Positions 29,250 through 40,806 of a stretch of 64,000 nucleotides of DNA are shown piece after piece. The notes beneath the pieces were generated by a model. The model worked only from the letters and a program-made list of their open reading frames with translations. It was not told where the DNA came from and searched no databases. Numbering within the stretch: position 1 is the first letter of the stretch; each line of letters begins with the position of its first letter. Where the stretch lies: assembly GCA_964016885.1 (NCBI GenBank), contig OZ024748.1, positions 6,138,001 through 6,202,000 of the forward strand, read 5' to 3'. The stretch is from Eledone cirrhosa. Taxonomy: Eukaryota. A program made the translations under genes and the position numbers.

Positions 29250-30432
29250 GCGTGTCTGTTTGTTTGTGTGTGTGTATTCATGCATTTATGTCCATTTACT
29301 GTGATTTGTTTCCATGGTAATTTAAAAATATGATATTAATGGTAAAAATAGCAGTAAGAAAACTTGTTTCAAAGGTGAAATTCCTGATACCAAAGTTTGG
29401 AACTGTCTGTTAACTGAATTGTCTTTACGTTGGCTCATGGTTCATTTGTCTTCAGTATTTTGGAAAGTGGTTTCTCTACAAATATATTGTCTGTTTCTAT
29501 TGAGAGGTGGAATTAGACTTTGGTTATAATATTATTGTTGGTGCTGTTTATGTTTGTGTTGGAGCGATTTGTGAGGTTGGGTGCATTATTGTCGGCCATG
29601 TTAGACATGTTCTTGGCTCAACTCGTTGGCTGGCAGAGCACGATTGAAAAGAGAAAAGATATGTTATAGATGTTGGTAATTGTGATATTTGTGGAATTAC
29701 TGTCGCTAATATTATTGTTGTTGATATTAGTGCTGTTGGTATTCATGCTGTTGGTACTAGTGGTGTTGGTACTAGTGCTGTTGGTATTAGTGCTATCAGA
29801 TTCCCTCCAAATTCTTATATACATGTCTTTATATACATGTCTTTATATACATGTCTTTATATACATGTTGTTGATACTAGTGCTGTTGGTATTCATGTTG
29901 TTGATACTAGTGCTGTTGGTACTAGTGCTGTTCCCTCCAAATTCTTATATACATGTCTTTATACATATGCATACATAATCCTTTACATTCTACCTCAGCA
30001 GCTGTGATATTTTAGTGGGTTTTCTTCAGCAATATTTGCAATGACTTAACCTGTCAACCTGGCTACCTTTAGAGCTAGATTAATCTTTCGTGTTGATGAA
30101 GACTGCAAAATCCACTGTAACTCTACAGATTGACGGCAAGTTAAAATGTAAATAGCGCAGCTATCCCTCACATTGAAGGGTCAACTCGATAACTCCTGAA
30201 GCTGTAGTTTCGTATTCTGGGAAATTACAATACATATATTACGATGGATCTCTCATTGTTTTGGAAATGTTAGTGTTCCCGTTGCACCAACAACAGAACT
30301 ACCTACTCTATGAATGATATGATATTTGTAGTTGGCTAAATATTCCACGCGGCTATTTATGGCATTAGTATACCTTAAAAGCAAACGAACATGATAATTT
30401 GTATGTCGAGCCTGGCCTGATTTGTGACTATC

Positions 30433-30480
<48 letters not shown>

Positions 30481-30578
30481 TATAGACATAGAATATTCGA
30501 AAATATTCTGTATGTTTATAATAAACATTTTGAAGACCTAATCGCTATAGAATAGAATACGTCACGTATTACAATTAG

Positions 30579-30667
30579 ATTCTCGATAAAAGCAAGGGAA
30601 GTAATCTACGCGTTTCATTCTTGTTAGAAATCATCAGGACTACATATCCAGTGCTTTTATCGAGAAT
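30579..30667 (-). ncRNA. Type I hammerhead ribozyme (array copy, minus strand)
   Basis: Exact reverse complement of 31435-31523. Confidence 0.85.
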
Positions 30668-30888
30668 GACACAGCTAGAGACTTATAGAATACTTAGCTG
30701 TGTACAGGAACTGGTTTGAAAGAGCGGTTGCCGGTCCGGCAGAAATTAGAAATTGGAATAAATGCTCTGAAATAGCGATATATATGTGAATATAGACATA
30801 GAATATTCGAAAATATTCTGTATGTTTATAATAAACATTTTGAAGACCTAATCGCTATAGAATAGAATACGTCACGTATTACAATTAG

Positions 30889-30977
30889 ATTCTCGATAAA
30901 AGCAAGGGAAGTAATCTACGCGTTTCATTCTTGTTAGAAATCATCAGGACTACATATCCAGTGCTTTTATCGAGAAT
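30889..30977 (-). ncRNA. Type I hammerhead ribozyme (array copy, minus strand)
   Basis: Exact reverse complement of 31435-31523. Confidence 0.85.
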
Positions 30978-31434
30978 GACACAGCTAGAGACTTATAGAA
31001 TACTTAGCTGTGTACAGGAACTGGTTTGAAAGAGCGGTTGCCGGTCCGGCAGAAATTAGAAATTGGAATAAATGCTCTGAAATAGCGATATATATGTGAA
31101 TATAGACATAGAATATTCGAAAATATTCTGTATGTTTATAATAAACATTTTGAAGACCTAATCGCTATAGAATAGAATACGTCACGTATTACAATTAGAT
31201 TCTCGATAAAAGCAAGGGAAGTAATCTACGAGTATTCTATTCTATAGCGATTAGGTCTTCAAAATGTTTATTATAAACATACAGAATATTTTCGAATATT
31301 CTATGTCTATATTCACATATATATCGCTATTTCAGAGCATTTATTCCAATTTCTAATTTCTGCCGGACCGGCAACCGCTCTTTCAAACCAGTTCCTGTAC
31401 ACAGCTAAGTATTCTATAAGTCTCTAGCTGTGTC

Positions 31435-31523
31435 ATTCTCGATAAAAGCACTGGATATGTAGTCCTGATGATTTCTAACAAGAATGAAACGCGTAGATTA
31501 CTTCCCTTGCTTTTATCGAGAAT
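31435..31523 (+). ncRNA. Type I hammerhead ribozyme; predicted cleavage after GUA at 31495
   Basis: Helix I GTAGTC(31459-64)/GATTAC(31496-501). Core CTGATGA (31465-71). Helix II TTCT-aaca-AGAA. GAAA (31486-89). Minimal palindromic helix III AC-GC-GT. Distal 16-bp extension ATTCTCGATAAAAGCA/TGCTTTTATCGAGAAT. Confidence 0.88.
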
Positions 31524-31744
31524 CTAATTGTAATACGTGACGTATTCTATTCTATAGCGATTAGGTCTTCAAAATGTTTATTATAAACATACAGAATATT
31601 TTCGAATATTCTATGTCTATATTCACATATATATCGCTATTTCAGAGCATTTATTCCAATTTCTAATTTCTGCCGGACCGGCAACCGCTCTTTCAAACCA
31701 GTTCCTGTACACAGCTAAGTATTCTATAAGTCTCTAGCTGTGTC

Positions 31745-31833
31745 ATTCTCGATAAAAGCACTGGATATGTAGTCCTGATGATTTCTAACAAGAATGAAAC
31801 GCGTAGATTACTTCCCTTGCTTTTATCGAGAAT
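31745..31833 (+). ncRNA. Type I hammerhead ribozyme (array copy)
   Basis: Identical to 31435-31523, offset by 310. Confidence 0.85.
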
Positions 31834-32054
31834 CTAATTGTAATACGTGACGTATTCTATTCTATAGCGATTAGGTCTTCAAAATGTTTATTATAAACAT
31901 ACAGAATATTTTCGAATATTCTATGTCTATATTCACATATATATCGCTATTTCAGAGCATTTATTCCAATTTCTAATTTCTGCCGGACCGGCAACCGCTC
32001 TTTCAAACCAGTTCCTGTACACAGCTAAGTATTCTATAAGTCTCTAGCTGTGTC

Positions 32055-32143
32055 ATTCTCGATAAAAGCACTGGATATGTAGTCCTGATGATTTCTAACA
32101 AGAATGAAACGCGTAGATTACTTCCCTTGCTTTTATCGAGAAT
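32055..32143 (+). ncRNA. Type I hammerhead ribozyme (array copy)
   Basis: Identical, offset by 620. Confidence 0.85.
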
Positions 32144-32364
32144 CTAATTGTAATACGTGACGTATTCTATTCTATAGCGATTAGGTCTTCAAAATGTTTA
32201 TTATAAACATACAGAATATTTTCGAATATTCTATGTCTATATTCACATATATATCGCTATTTCAGAGCATTTATTCCAATTTCTAATTTCTGCCGGACCG
32301 GCAACCGCTCTTTCAAACCAGTTCCTGTACACAGCTAAGTATTCTATAAGTCTCTAGCTGTGTC

Positions 32365-32453
32365 ATTCTCGATAAAAGCACTGGATATGTAGTCCTGATG
32401 ATTTCTAACAAGAATGAAACGCGTAGATTACTTCCCTTGCTTTTATCGAGAAT
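32365..32453 (+). ncRNA. Type I hammerhead ribozyme (array copy)
   Basis: Identical, offset by 930. Confidence 0.85.
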
Positions 32454-32674
32454 CTAATTGTAATACGTGACGTATTCTATTCTATAGCGATTAGGTCTTC
32501 AAAATGTTTATTATAAACATACAGAATATTTTCGAATATTCTATGTCTATATTCACATATATATCGCTATTTCAGAGCATTTATTCCAATTTCTAATTTC
32601 TGCCGGACCGGCAACCGCTCTTTCAAACCAGTTCCTGTACACAGCTAAGTATTCTATAAGTCTCTAGCTGTGTC

Positions 32675-32763
32675 ATTCTCGATAAAAGCACTGGATATGT
32701 AGTCCTGATGATTTCTAACAAGAATGAAACGCGTAGATTACTTCCCTTGCTTTTATCGAGAAT
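32675..32763 (+). ncRNA. Type I hammerhead ribozyme (array copy)
   Basis: Identical, offset by 1240. Confidence 0.85.
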
Positions 32764-32984
32764 CTAATTGTAATACGTGACGTATTCTATTCTATAGCGA
32801 TTAGGTCTTCAAAATGTTTATTATAAACATACAGAATATTTTCGAATATTCTATGTCTATATTCACATATATATCGCTATTTCAGAGCATTTATTCCAAT
32901 TTCTAATTTCTGCCGGACCGGCAACCGCTCTTTCAAACCAGTTCCTGTACACAGCTAAGTATTCTATAAGTCTCTAGCCGTGTC

Positions 32985-33073
32985 ATTCTCGATAAAAGCA
33001 CTGGATATGTAGTCCTGATGATTTCTAACAAGAATGAAACGCGTAGATTACTTCCCTTGCTTTTATCGAGAAT
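32985..33073 (+). ncRNA. Type I hammerhead ribozyme (array copy)
   Basis: Identical, offset by 1550. Confidence 0.85.
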
Positions 33074-33204
33074 CTAATTGTAATACGTGACGTATTCTAT
33101 TCTATAGCGATCAGGTCTTCAAAATGTTTATTATAAACATACAGAATATTTTCGAATATTCTATGTCTATATTCACATATATATCGCTATTTCAGAGCAT
33201 TTAT

Positions 33205-33236
<32 letters not shown>

Positions 33237-33239
<3 letters not shown>

Positions 33240-33440
33240 AGAAAGTATTACCCCGACGGCAGAGCTCAAGCCGTTTCGACGGCTATTTCTGGACTAAAGT
33301 AGTCCAGAAATAGCCGTCGAAACGGCTTGAACTCTGCCGTCGGAGTCATACTTTCTCGTATTACCCACTCTACTACCCAAAGTATTGAGTACTCTGGTGC
33401 GTTATGGTCCATCTGGTTCTTTACCACAACTCCTTCGTTA
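33237..33440. mobile_element. Fold-back element family C (palindrome 33237-33360 plus tail)
   Basis: Arms ..GACGGCTATTTCTGGACTA-aag-TAGTCCAGAAATAGCCGTC. Contains GAAACGGC..GCCGTC (hammerhead helix III + GUC). Embedded in (TA)n. Confidence 0.8.
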
Positions 33441-33607
33441 TATATATATATATGTGTGTGTATGTCTGTGTGTGTGAATATTAGTGTGTTAGTTCCTGTA
33501 TACACACATATACAAACACACATACATACATACTCACACACACAAACACATAAACACACACACACATAAATACACACACAAACACACACACACACATAAA
33601 TACACAC

Positions 33608-33638
<31 letters not shown>

Positions 33639-33746
33639 TATATATATATTTATATATAGATATATACATGTATGAATATATACATACACAAACACACATA
33701 CCCGTAAAAATACCAAATGTCAGACAGATAGGTTTTGTGGATAATA

Positions 33747-33785
<39 letters not shown>

Positions 33786-33886
33786 AAACGAAAAATCAGT
33801 GATGCATCTGGACTCAGTTTATGGTGTAAGAAAATAGTGGGCTCAACTGGCATACCACCCATGGAAGCATTATAGCTACCATTAAA

Positions 33887-33955
<69 letters not shown>

Positions 33956-33962
33956 CTTTCTT

Positions 33963-34003
<41 letters not shown>

Positions 34004-34024
34004 TTCTTTATATCCATATATATT

Positions 34025-34092
<68 letters not shown>

Positions 34093-34129
34093 TATATGTA
34101 TATAAAGAAAGAGACCGAGAGAGAGATAA

Positions 34130-34162
<33 letters not shown>

Positions 34163-34293
34163 GAGAGAGAGAGAGCGAGAGAGAGAGGGGGGGGGTGTAA
34201 AAGAAGTAAAAGCTCTGTAATTTACCGTAAGATTCTGTTGGTTCAGTGATTTCCTAAGTTGGGTTATATTGGACGGTAAAGGATATGGGGTGG

Positions 34294-34319
34294 TAATTAG
34301 ACAGGTCACGTGTGTCATT
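34294..34319. promoter_or_regulatory. Candidate cis-regulatory cluster TAATTA / GTCACGTG / TGACA
   Basis: TAATTAGACAGGTCACGTGTGTCATT. The same three words recur at 35461-35515. Confidence 0.35.
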
Positions 34320-34505
34320 CCAAGTGGTGACTAGTGGAGAGTAAGGTTAGGAGAGGGAGGGAGTAGAAAAAGGTAGGAGTGGGAGAGAGGGAGAAGAAGT
34401 TAAGAGATTGGTGAATTGTATAATGGTAGAGGGAGGAAGGGGGTGGTAAAGGAAAGCGAGAGGATTGGGGGATTTCTTTTATGTGTATGTAAATGTATTT
34501 GTATT

Positions 34506-34546
<41 letters not shown>

Positions 34547-34610
34547 TATGCGTAAGTGTGTGTATATATATCTATATGATTATATATGTATGGCTTTCCT
34601 ATTCTTTCTT

Positions 34611-34653
<43 letters not shown>

Positions 34654-34689
34654 AAATATATATATATATATAAAGATATACACATACAT

Positions 34690-34721
<32 letters not shown>

Positions 34722-34751
34722 TTAAACTCACACACTAATGTGTATATATAT

Positions 34752-34786
<35 letters not shown>

Positions 34787-34823
34787 GTTATATTTTGGGA
34801 ATGTCATGCTGCCAATAAACGAA

Positions 34824-34858
<35 letters not shown>

Positions 34859-34860
<2 letters not shown>

Positions 34861-35062
34861 ACAAAGGAATTGTGGTAAGGAACCAGATGGACCTTAACGC
34901 ACCAGAGTACTCAATACTTAGGGTAGAAGATTGGGAAATAAGAAAAAGTATGACCCCGATGGCAGAGCTCAAGCCGTTTCGACGGCTATTTCACGACTAT
35001 TTAGTCCAGAAATAGCCGTCGAAACGGCTTGAGCTCTGCCGTCGGGGTCATACTTTGTCCTA
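34859..35062. mobile_element. Fold-back element family C, opposite orientation
   Basis: Tail followed by a palindrome centred near 34999. Highly similar to 33237-33440. Confidence 0.8.
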
Positions 35063-35169
35063 TATATATATATATATATGTCCCCCACCAACACCCCACT
35101 CTCCAGAGCGTGAAATTAATAAACATTCGTTGTAGTGCCTCTCTGTTTCGTCCCTGTTCAAATTTTTCC

Positions 35170-35239
<70 letters not shown>

Positions 35240-35460
35240 TAGGTATATGTGTATGCAAATATATGTGTCTATGTGCATATGTATGTGTATGTTTGTGCTT
35301 GCATGTCTTCTACCATTTGTCCGTCCGTTTATATATATAAAAAACATACAAACCATCCCACCAAATTTACGTATTAAAGATAACGGAACCGAAATTAAGT
35401 TGGGGTTAGAGGCCATTTTGAAATTCATTTCTATCTAATCTATTGTCCCTTGAGATGTAC

Positions 35461-35515
35461 GGTCACGTGGTTCCGGATCACGCTGTCATTGTGTCATTGG
35501 TCGCTTAATTAGACA
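35461..35515. promoter_or_regulatory. Candidate promoter/enhancer cluster (E-box, CCGGAA, 2x TGACA, CCAAT, TAATTA)
   Basis: GGTCACGTGGTTCCGGATCACGCTGTCATTGTGTCATTGGTCGCTTAATTAGACA, in unique sequence among microsatellites. Confidence 0.4.
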
Positions 35516-35516
35516 A

Positions 35517-35737
35517 TGGTGGTAATTGAAGAATGGATGGTGGTGGTGGTGGTGGTGGCGGTTGTGCAGGCAGTGGTGGTGATGGTGGTGATGGTGGTGT
35601 TGGTGGCGCCGATGGCGGCGGTGGTGTTGATGGTGGTGATGGTGATGGTGGTGGCGGCGGTGATGTTGGTGTTGGTGAAGGCGGTGGCGGCGGTGTGGTG
35701 GTGATGGTGGTGGTGGTGGTGGTGGTGGTGGTGGCGG
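35517..35737. repeat. (GGT)n-rich low-complexity tract
   Basis: Direct reading. Confidence 0.9.
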
Positions 35738-36091
35738 GTAGAAGACTAACTGGAATTACCATTATGATAACTTTATGTTACCTATTGTTTTGGTCAAAGA
35801 ATACGGACAAATCTGATGATGGGATCAGATGAGAAATGACCTCGTATCTTGACATCTTTTGTGATTTGTGGCTTCCCGGATTGGTTGATATCAATTGACA
35901 TGCTTTCTTGTTGTTGTTATTGTTGTTGTTGGCCTTCTTCTTCTGCTGCTGCTGCTACTTTGGCTTCAATAATCAACCCTCGTTTTATATAGTAATTGTA
36001 AGAGTCAGAATTGAGTTCTTGATTCAGTAAATATGTGTAGGTTCTTCATCAATAACCAGTCCTAACACACACACACACACACACAGATACA

Positions 36092-36145
<54 letters not shown>

Positions 36146-36215
36146 CACATTGGCAGAGATTTACTCATATACACATAACATATATTGGTATAAATGTGTG
36201 TATGTATATGGATTC

Positions 36216-36246
<31 letters not shown>

Positions 36247-36359
36247 CACCCACACTTACAAAATATCCTATGTATTATATATCTACCTATCTATCCATAT
36301 CTACATATATACATACACACACATATATATATATATATATATACATACACACATATACA

Positions 36360-36447
<88 letters not shown>

Positions 36448-36487
36448 CATACATACAGCACTATGTATATATATATACATATATACA

Positions 36488-36650
36488 TACAGCATTATGT
36501 GTCAATAATTGTCACAAGTGTAGTGTTTGAACCAGAGTTTTCAAGTCGAGTCGCTGGCTGGACTAAAATGTCACACTCGTTCAGCGCATCGGTAGGGGTT
36601 CTCCTTCATGGATATAAAGTAGTGGCCGTACTCGAAAACGAGTTGGCAGC

Positions 36651-36652
<2 letters not shown>
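36488..36652 (+). mobile_element. 3' fragment of the RTE-related element
   Basis: Near-identical to 5708-5867. Confidence 0.75.
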
Positions 36653-36696
<44 letters not shown>

Positions 36697-37190
36697 ACCC
36701 ACACTTACATAAAAGCATGTGTATTATATATATGTTACAGTCTTGCTATGTGACAACATAGATAGGTCAATGTAACTATGTATCACCTGACCATGTCTAT
36801 ATACCAATCTCTAAACACTACACTGGCTTACAGTATATATTACTTACATAACAACAGCTGTAATTACACGCCAAGCATATCAGATACAGTAGACATTTTC
36901 ATGGCGTATTTATGGCTGTTTCTATATAAGGTATGGCGCTGCCAGAAATCTTTTCGAGTATTTGCTTTTGGATTTCGTTTCGGCTCAGATCAATCTCTGA
37001 TTAAGAAGGCCAGGGTAATACCGTATCTTTTATTTCTTTTCATGAATTTAATACTACATTATGCAACGTAGTCTTAATTAGATGTCATAAGCCTTAGGTA
37101 GGATTGCATTTGTGACGAAATTTCGTTCTTATTCTTGGTTTCCATGTTGGTTCGTATACATATCACAGCTTCGCAGCTTACACACACACG

Positions 37191-37281
<91 letters not shown>

Positions 37282-37315
37282 ATGTATATATATAATGTAA
37301 GAAGGAAAACATGAT

Positions 37316-37442
<127 letters not shown>

Positions 37443-37587
37443 AACAGAAGCAGATAAATTTAAATTTCTCTATTGGGAATTTTCTTCAATATCCTCGCTT
37501 TGAAAAGATTCTCCCACGCCTACACCGACCACCAACAACAATAACATACATCTATAGAGAATACACACGTACATACATACATAAATG

Positions 37588-37638
<51 letters not shown>

Positions 37639-37697
37639 TAATTTTCATACTTACATATACATGTACACATACTTATCTACACACACACAAACACACA

Positions 37698-37759
<62 letters not shown>

Positions 37760-38199
37760 TTGTGTATATATACAAATATATATGTGAATATATATATATA
37801 CACGCAGACACATACTTACATATATATGTTCATATATACATACATATACATACGTATCTACTCACACACATACGTACCCATACATTATATATATACATAT
37901 ATATACATACATATACATACGTATCTACTCACACACATACATACCCATACATTATATATATACATATATATATACATACATATACATACGTATCTACTCA
38001 CACACATACATATCCATACATTATATATATACATATATATGTATATATATACACACACTACTATGTTTCTTGTATTACTCCAGAACACACCCCAAACGCC
38101 CCATTTCGTTTCTCGTTTTTCACTTCACTGCTTGTCACTCTCCAACTAACCTCATTTCAATTGCCAAATCGACAAACACCACCTCCTCTTCCAATACTA

Positions 38200-38990
38200 A
38201 CACCAGCAACACCACCAACACCATTAACACCACCAACACCACCAACACCACCAACACCATTAACACCACCAACACCACCAACACCACCAATACCACCAGC
38301 ACCATTAACACCACCAACACCTCCAACACCACCAACACCACCAACACCACCAACACCACCAACACAACCAACACCACCAGCACCACCAACAACACCAACA
38401 CCTCCAACACCACCAACACTTCCAACACCACCAACACCACCAACACCACCACCAAAACCACCAACACCACCAACACCACCAACACCACCAACACCACCAA
38501 CACCACCAACACAACCAACACCAACAAAACCACCAACACCACCAACACCACCAACACCACCAACACCACCAACAACACCAACACCTCCAACACCACCAAC
38601 ACTTCCAACACCACCAACACCACCAACACCACCAACACCACCAACACCACCAACACCACCAACAACACCAACACCACCAACACTTCCAACACCACCAACA
38701 CCACCAACACTTCCAACACCACCAACACCACCAACACCACCAACAACACCAACACCTCCAACACCACCAACATCAGCAACACCACCAACACCACCAACAC
38801 CACCAACACCACCAACACCACCAACACCTCCAACACCACCAACATCAGCAACACCACCAACACCACCAACACCACCAACACCACCAACACCACCAACACC
38901 TCCAACACCACCAACACCACCAACACCTCCAACACCACCAACATCAGCAACACCACCAACACCACCAACACGACCAACACCACCAACACG
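38200..38990. repeat. 9-bp minisatellite (CCAACACCA)n with variants
   Basis: Direct reading. It explains the PTPP/NTT/VLV ORFs open in several frames. Confidence 0.92.
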
Positions 38991-39546
38991 AATACGACCA
39001 TCATCACTGCCAAAATCACCCCCCATTACTACCTCCAGCTGCAACAACAACAACAACAACAACACCAAGACCACCATCACCAATACAACCACCACCACCA
39101 CCACCACCAACACCTGCAGCAGCAGCAAAAACAAAAACAAGAACAACAACATCAAGAACAACAACAATTACTGCCACAGATTACATATCTCTAAAAAGCA
39201 GCGTCATCATTTATAACACAAAAACCAACGAACGCAACAACAACAACAAAAGTACCAACAACAATAACAACAAAAATGCCAAGAATAAAATCAATATAAA
39301 AAAACTAATAGCAATAAAAGCACTGCGGCACTCGGCCCACCCCCACGAGGCCGCTCCCACTAGGGGTACCACCCCCTGTAGGCCCACCACCGCTAGACGT
39401 GACTCCACTAGGGGAACACCAACACTAGTCTCACAACAACCCCTCCAAGAAAACCATCAGATAAAAAAAATTATTACAATCATCAGTATAACCACCATCT
39501 TACTCACTCTTCAATATCAAAGTAACGACAACCACACAAACTCCAT

Positions 39547-39584
<38 letters not shown>

Positions 39585-39820
39585 TTACGACTACTACTAC
39601 TACTACTACTGCTACTATCGGCAAGGTCTTTCCGCCAATCGCGTGAGATCCTTTAATTGAAAGATACGTATTCCATTAGACGTAGTTTATCTGAGTGTGT
39701 CAGTTTGTGCATAGGTGTGTGTTTATATATATATTTGTATGTGTGTAGTTATATGAATGTACCTTTGCATATATGGACGTATGCATATATATATATATAT
39801 ATATATGTATATCGTTGTTT

Positions 39821-39866
39821 CGAGCTTGCCAGGAGTCGAACATGGAATCTCTTGATCCGTAGTCAG
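39821..39866 (-). pseudogene. tRNA-Arg(ACG)-derived fragment (anticodon arm to 3' acceptor strand)
   Basis: Minus strand CTGACTACGGATCAAGAGATTCCATGTTCGACTCCTGGCAAGCTCG closely follows the 3' two-thirds of metazoan tRNA-Arg-ACG. The 5' half is absent. Confidence 0.7.
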
Positions 39867-39920
39867 TCCAGAAATAGCCGTCGAAATGGCTTGAGCTCTG
39901 CCGTCGGGGTCATGCTTTTT

Positions 39921-39924
<4 letters not shown>
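39865..39924 (+). mobile_element. Half copy of fold-back family C
   Basis: AGTCCAGAAATAGCCGTCGAAATGGCTTGAGCTCTGCCGTCGGGGTCAT. Confidence 0.75.
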
Positions 39925-39975
<51 letters not shown>

Positions 39976-40083
39976 ACGAACAAAACTGATTTAATTCCAA
40001 CTTTGGGACTTTATTCAATATATATATATATATATACATATATACAATATATATATATATACAATATATATATATATGTATAT

Positions 40084-40162
<79 letters not shown>

Positions 40163-40579
40163 GGAGAGAGAGGGGGGGGGGGAGAAGAAGAAGAGGAGGA
40201 GAGTGAAGGAGAGATAGGCAGAATGACTTATATGTGTATATTTCATATATACGTATACATACATAAAGACATGTAAATGCCCATATCTGCATACACATAC
40301 ACACGCACATATATCCCACACATATGCGTGTACAAACACATATGCACACACACAAGCACTCATACGTACACACATTTACATACACGATAACCCCGTATCT
40401 CTCTGTGTTTCCATATTCATTAGATATATAATGTCTTTCTCAGATTTTCGTACGATTCTGCGATAATCACCATAATTGTTCCTGAAGGATTATTTAAGAA
40501 TATTTTCTCTCTCACCCAAAACACTCCCCTAACCAAGCTCTATAATAATTACAACACCAGTATTGTGTTGTGGTGGACC

Positions 40580-40785
40580 TCCGTTGGCTCCGACGATGAG
40601 CGTTCTAGGTGTTTGACCAATGGAACAGCCTGCTCGTGAAATTGTCTGAACATTTATTTGATATAAGTGCCTTTAACGTAGAACTTCTGCAGATTTAATG
40701 TCATAGAGTTTGACAAGATGGGTTCATATTTAAAAGCTGGGTGAACTGGCACAATGAGAAAGACACAACGATCCTGAACCGAACA
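40580..40785. mobile_element. Old, diverged SINE of a second family
   Basis: GGAACAGCCTGCTCGTGAAATT..AGCTGGGTGAACTGG. Its reverse complement is related to 47495-47665. Confidence 0.5.
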
Positions 40786-40806
40786 CATTAACTATTAAGC
40801 AACGTG

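Larger units (their letters stand above)
30478..33210. repeat. 310-bp tandem array of hammerhead-containing units (non-LTR retrozyme-like): ~2.4 copies in one orientation (30478-31230) and ~6.4 inverted copies (31231-33210)
   Basis: TATAGACATA recurs at 30481, 30791 and 31101. The inverted unit start GTATTCTAT recurs at 31232, 31542, 31852, 32162, 32472, 32782 and 33092. I saw only two substitutions (about 32979 and 33112). Flanked by (TA)n on both sides. Confidence 0.97.

Noticed and set aside
30478-33210. CRISPR array or ordinary satellite
   Set aside because: There are no unique spacers and the context is eukaryotic. The units carry a ribozyme fold.
35533-35832. Glycine-rich ORF
   Set aside because: A (GGT)n low-complexity tract with no splice or homology support.
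37762-39216. 484-aa proline/threonine-rich (extensin- or mucin-like) ORF
   Set aside because: Made from a 9-bp minisatellite that is open in nearly all frames on both strands, and it starts in (TA)n sequence.
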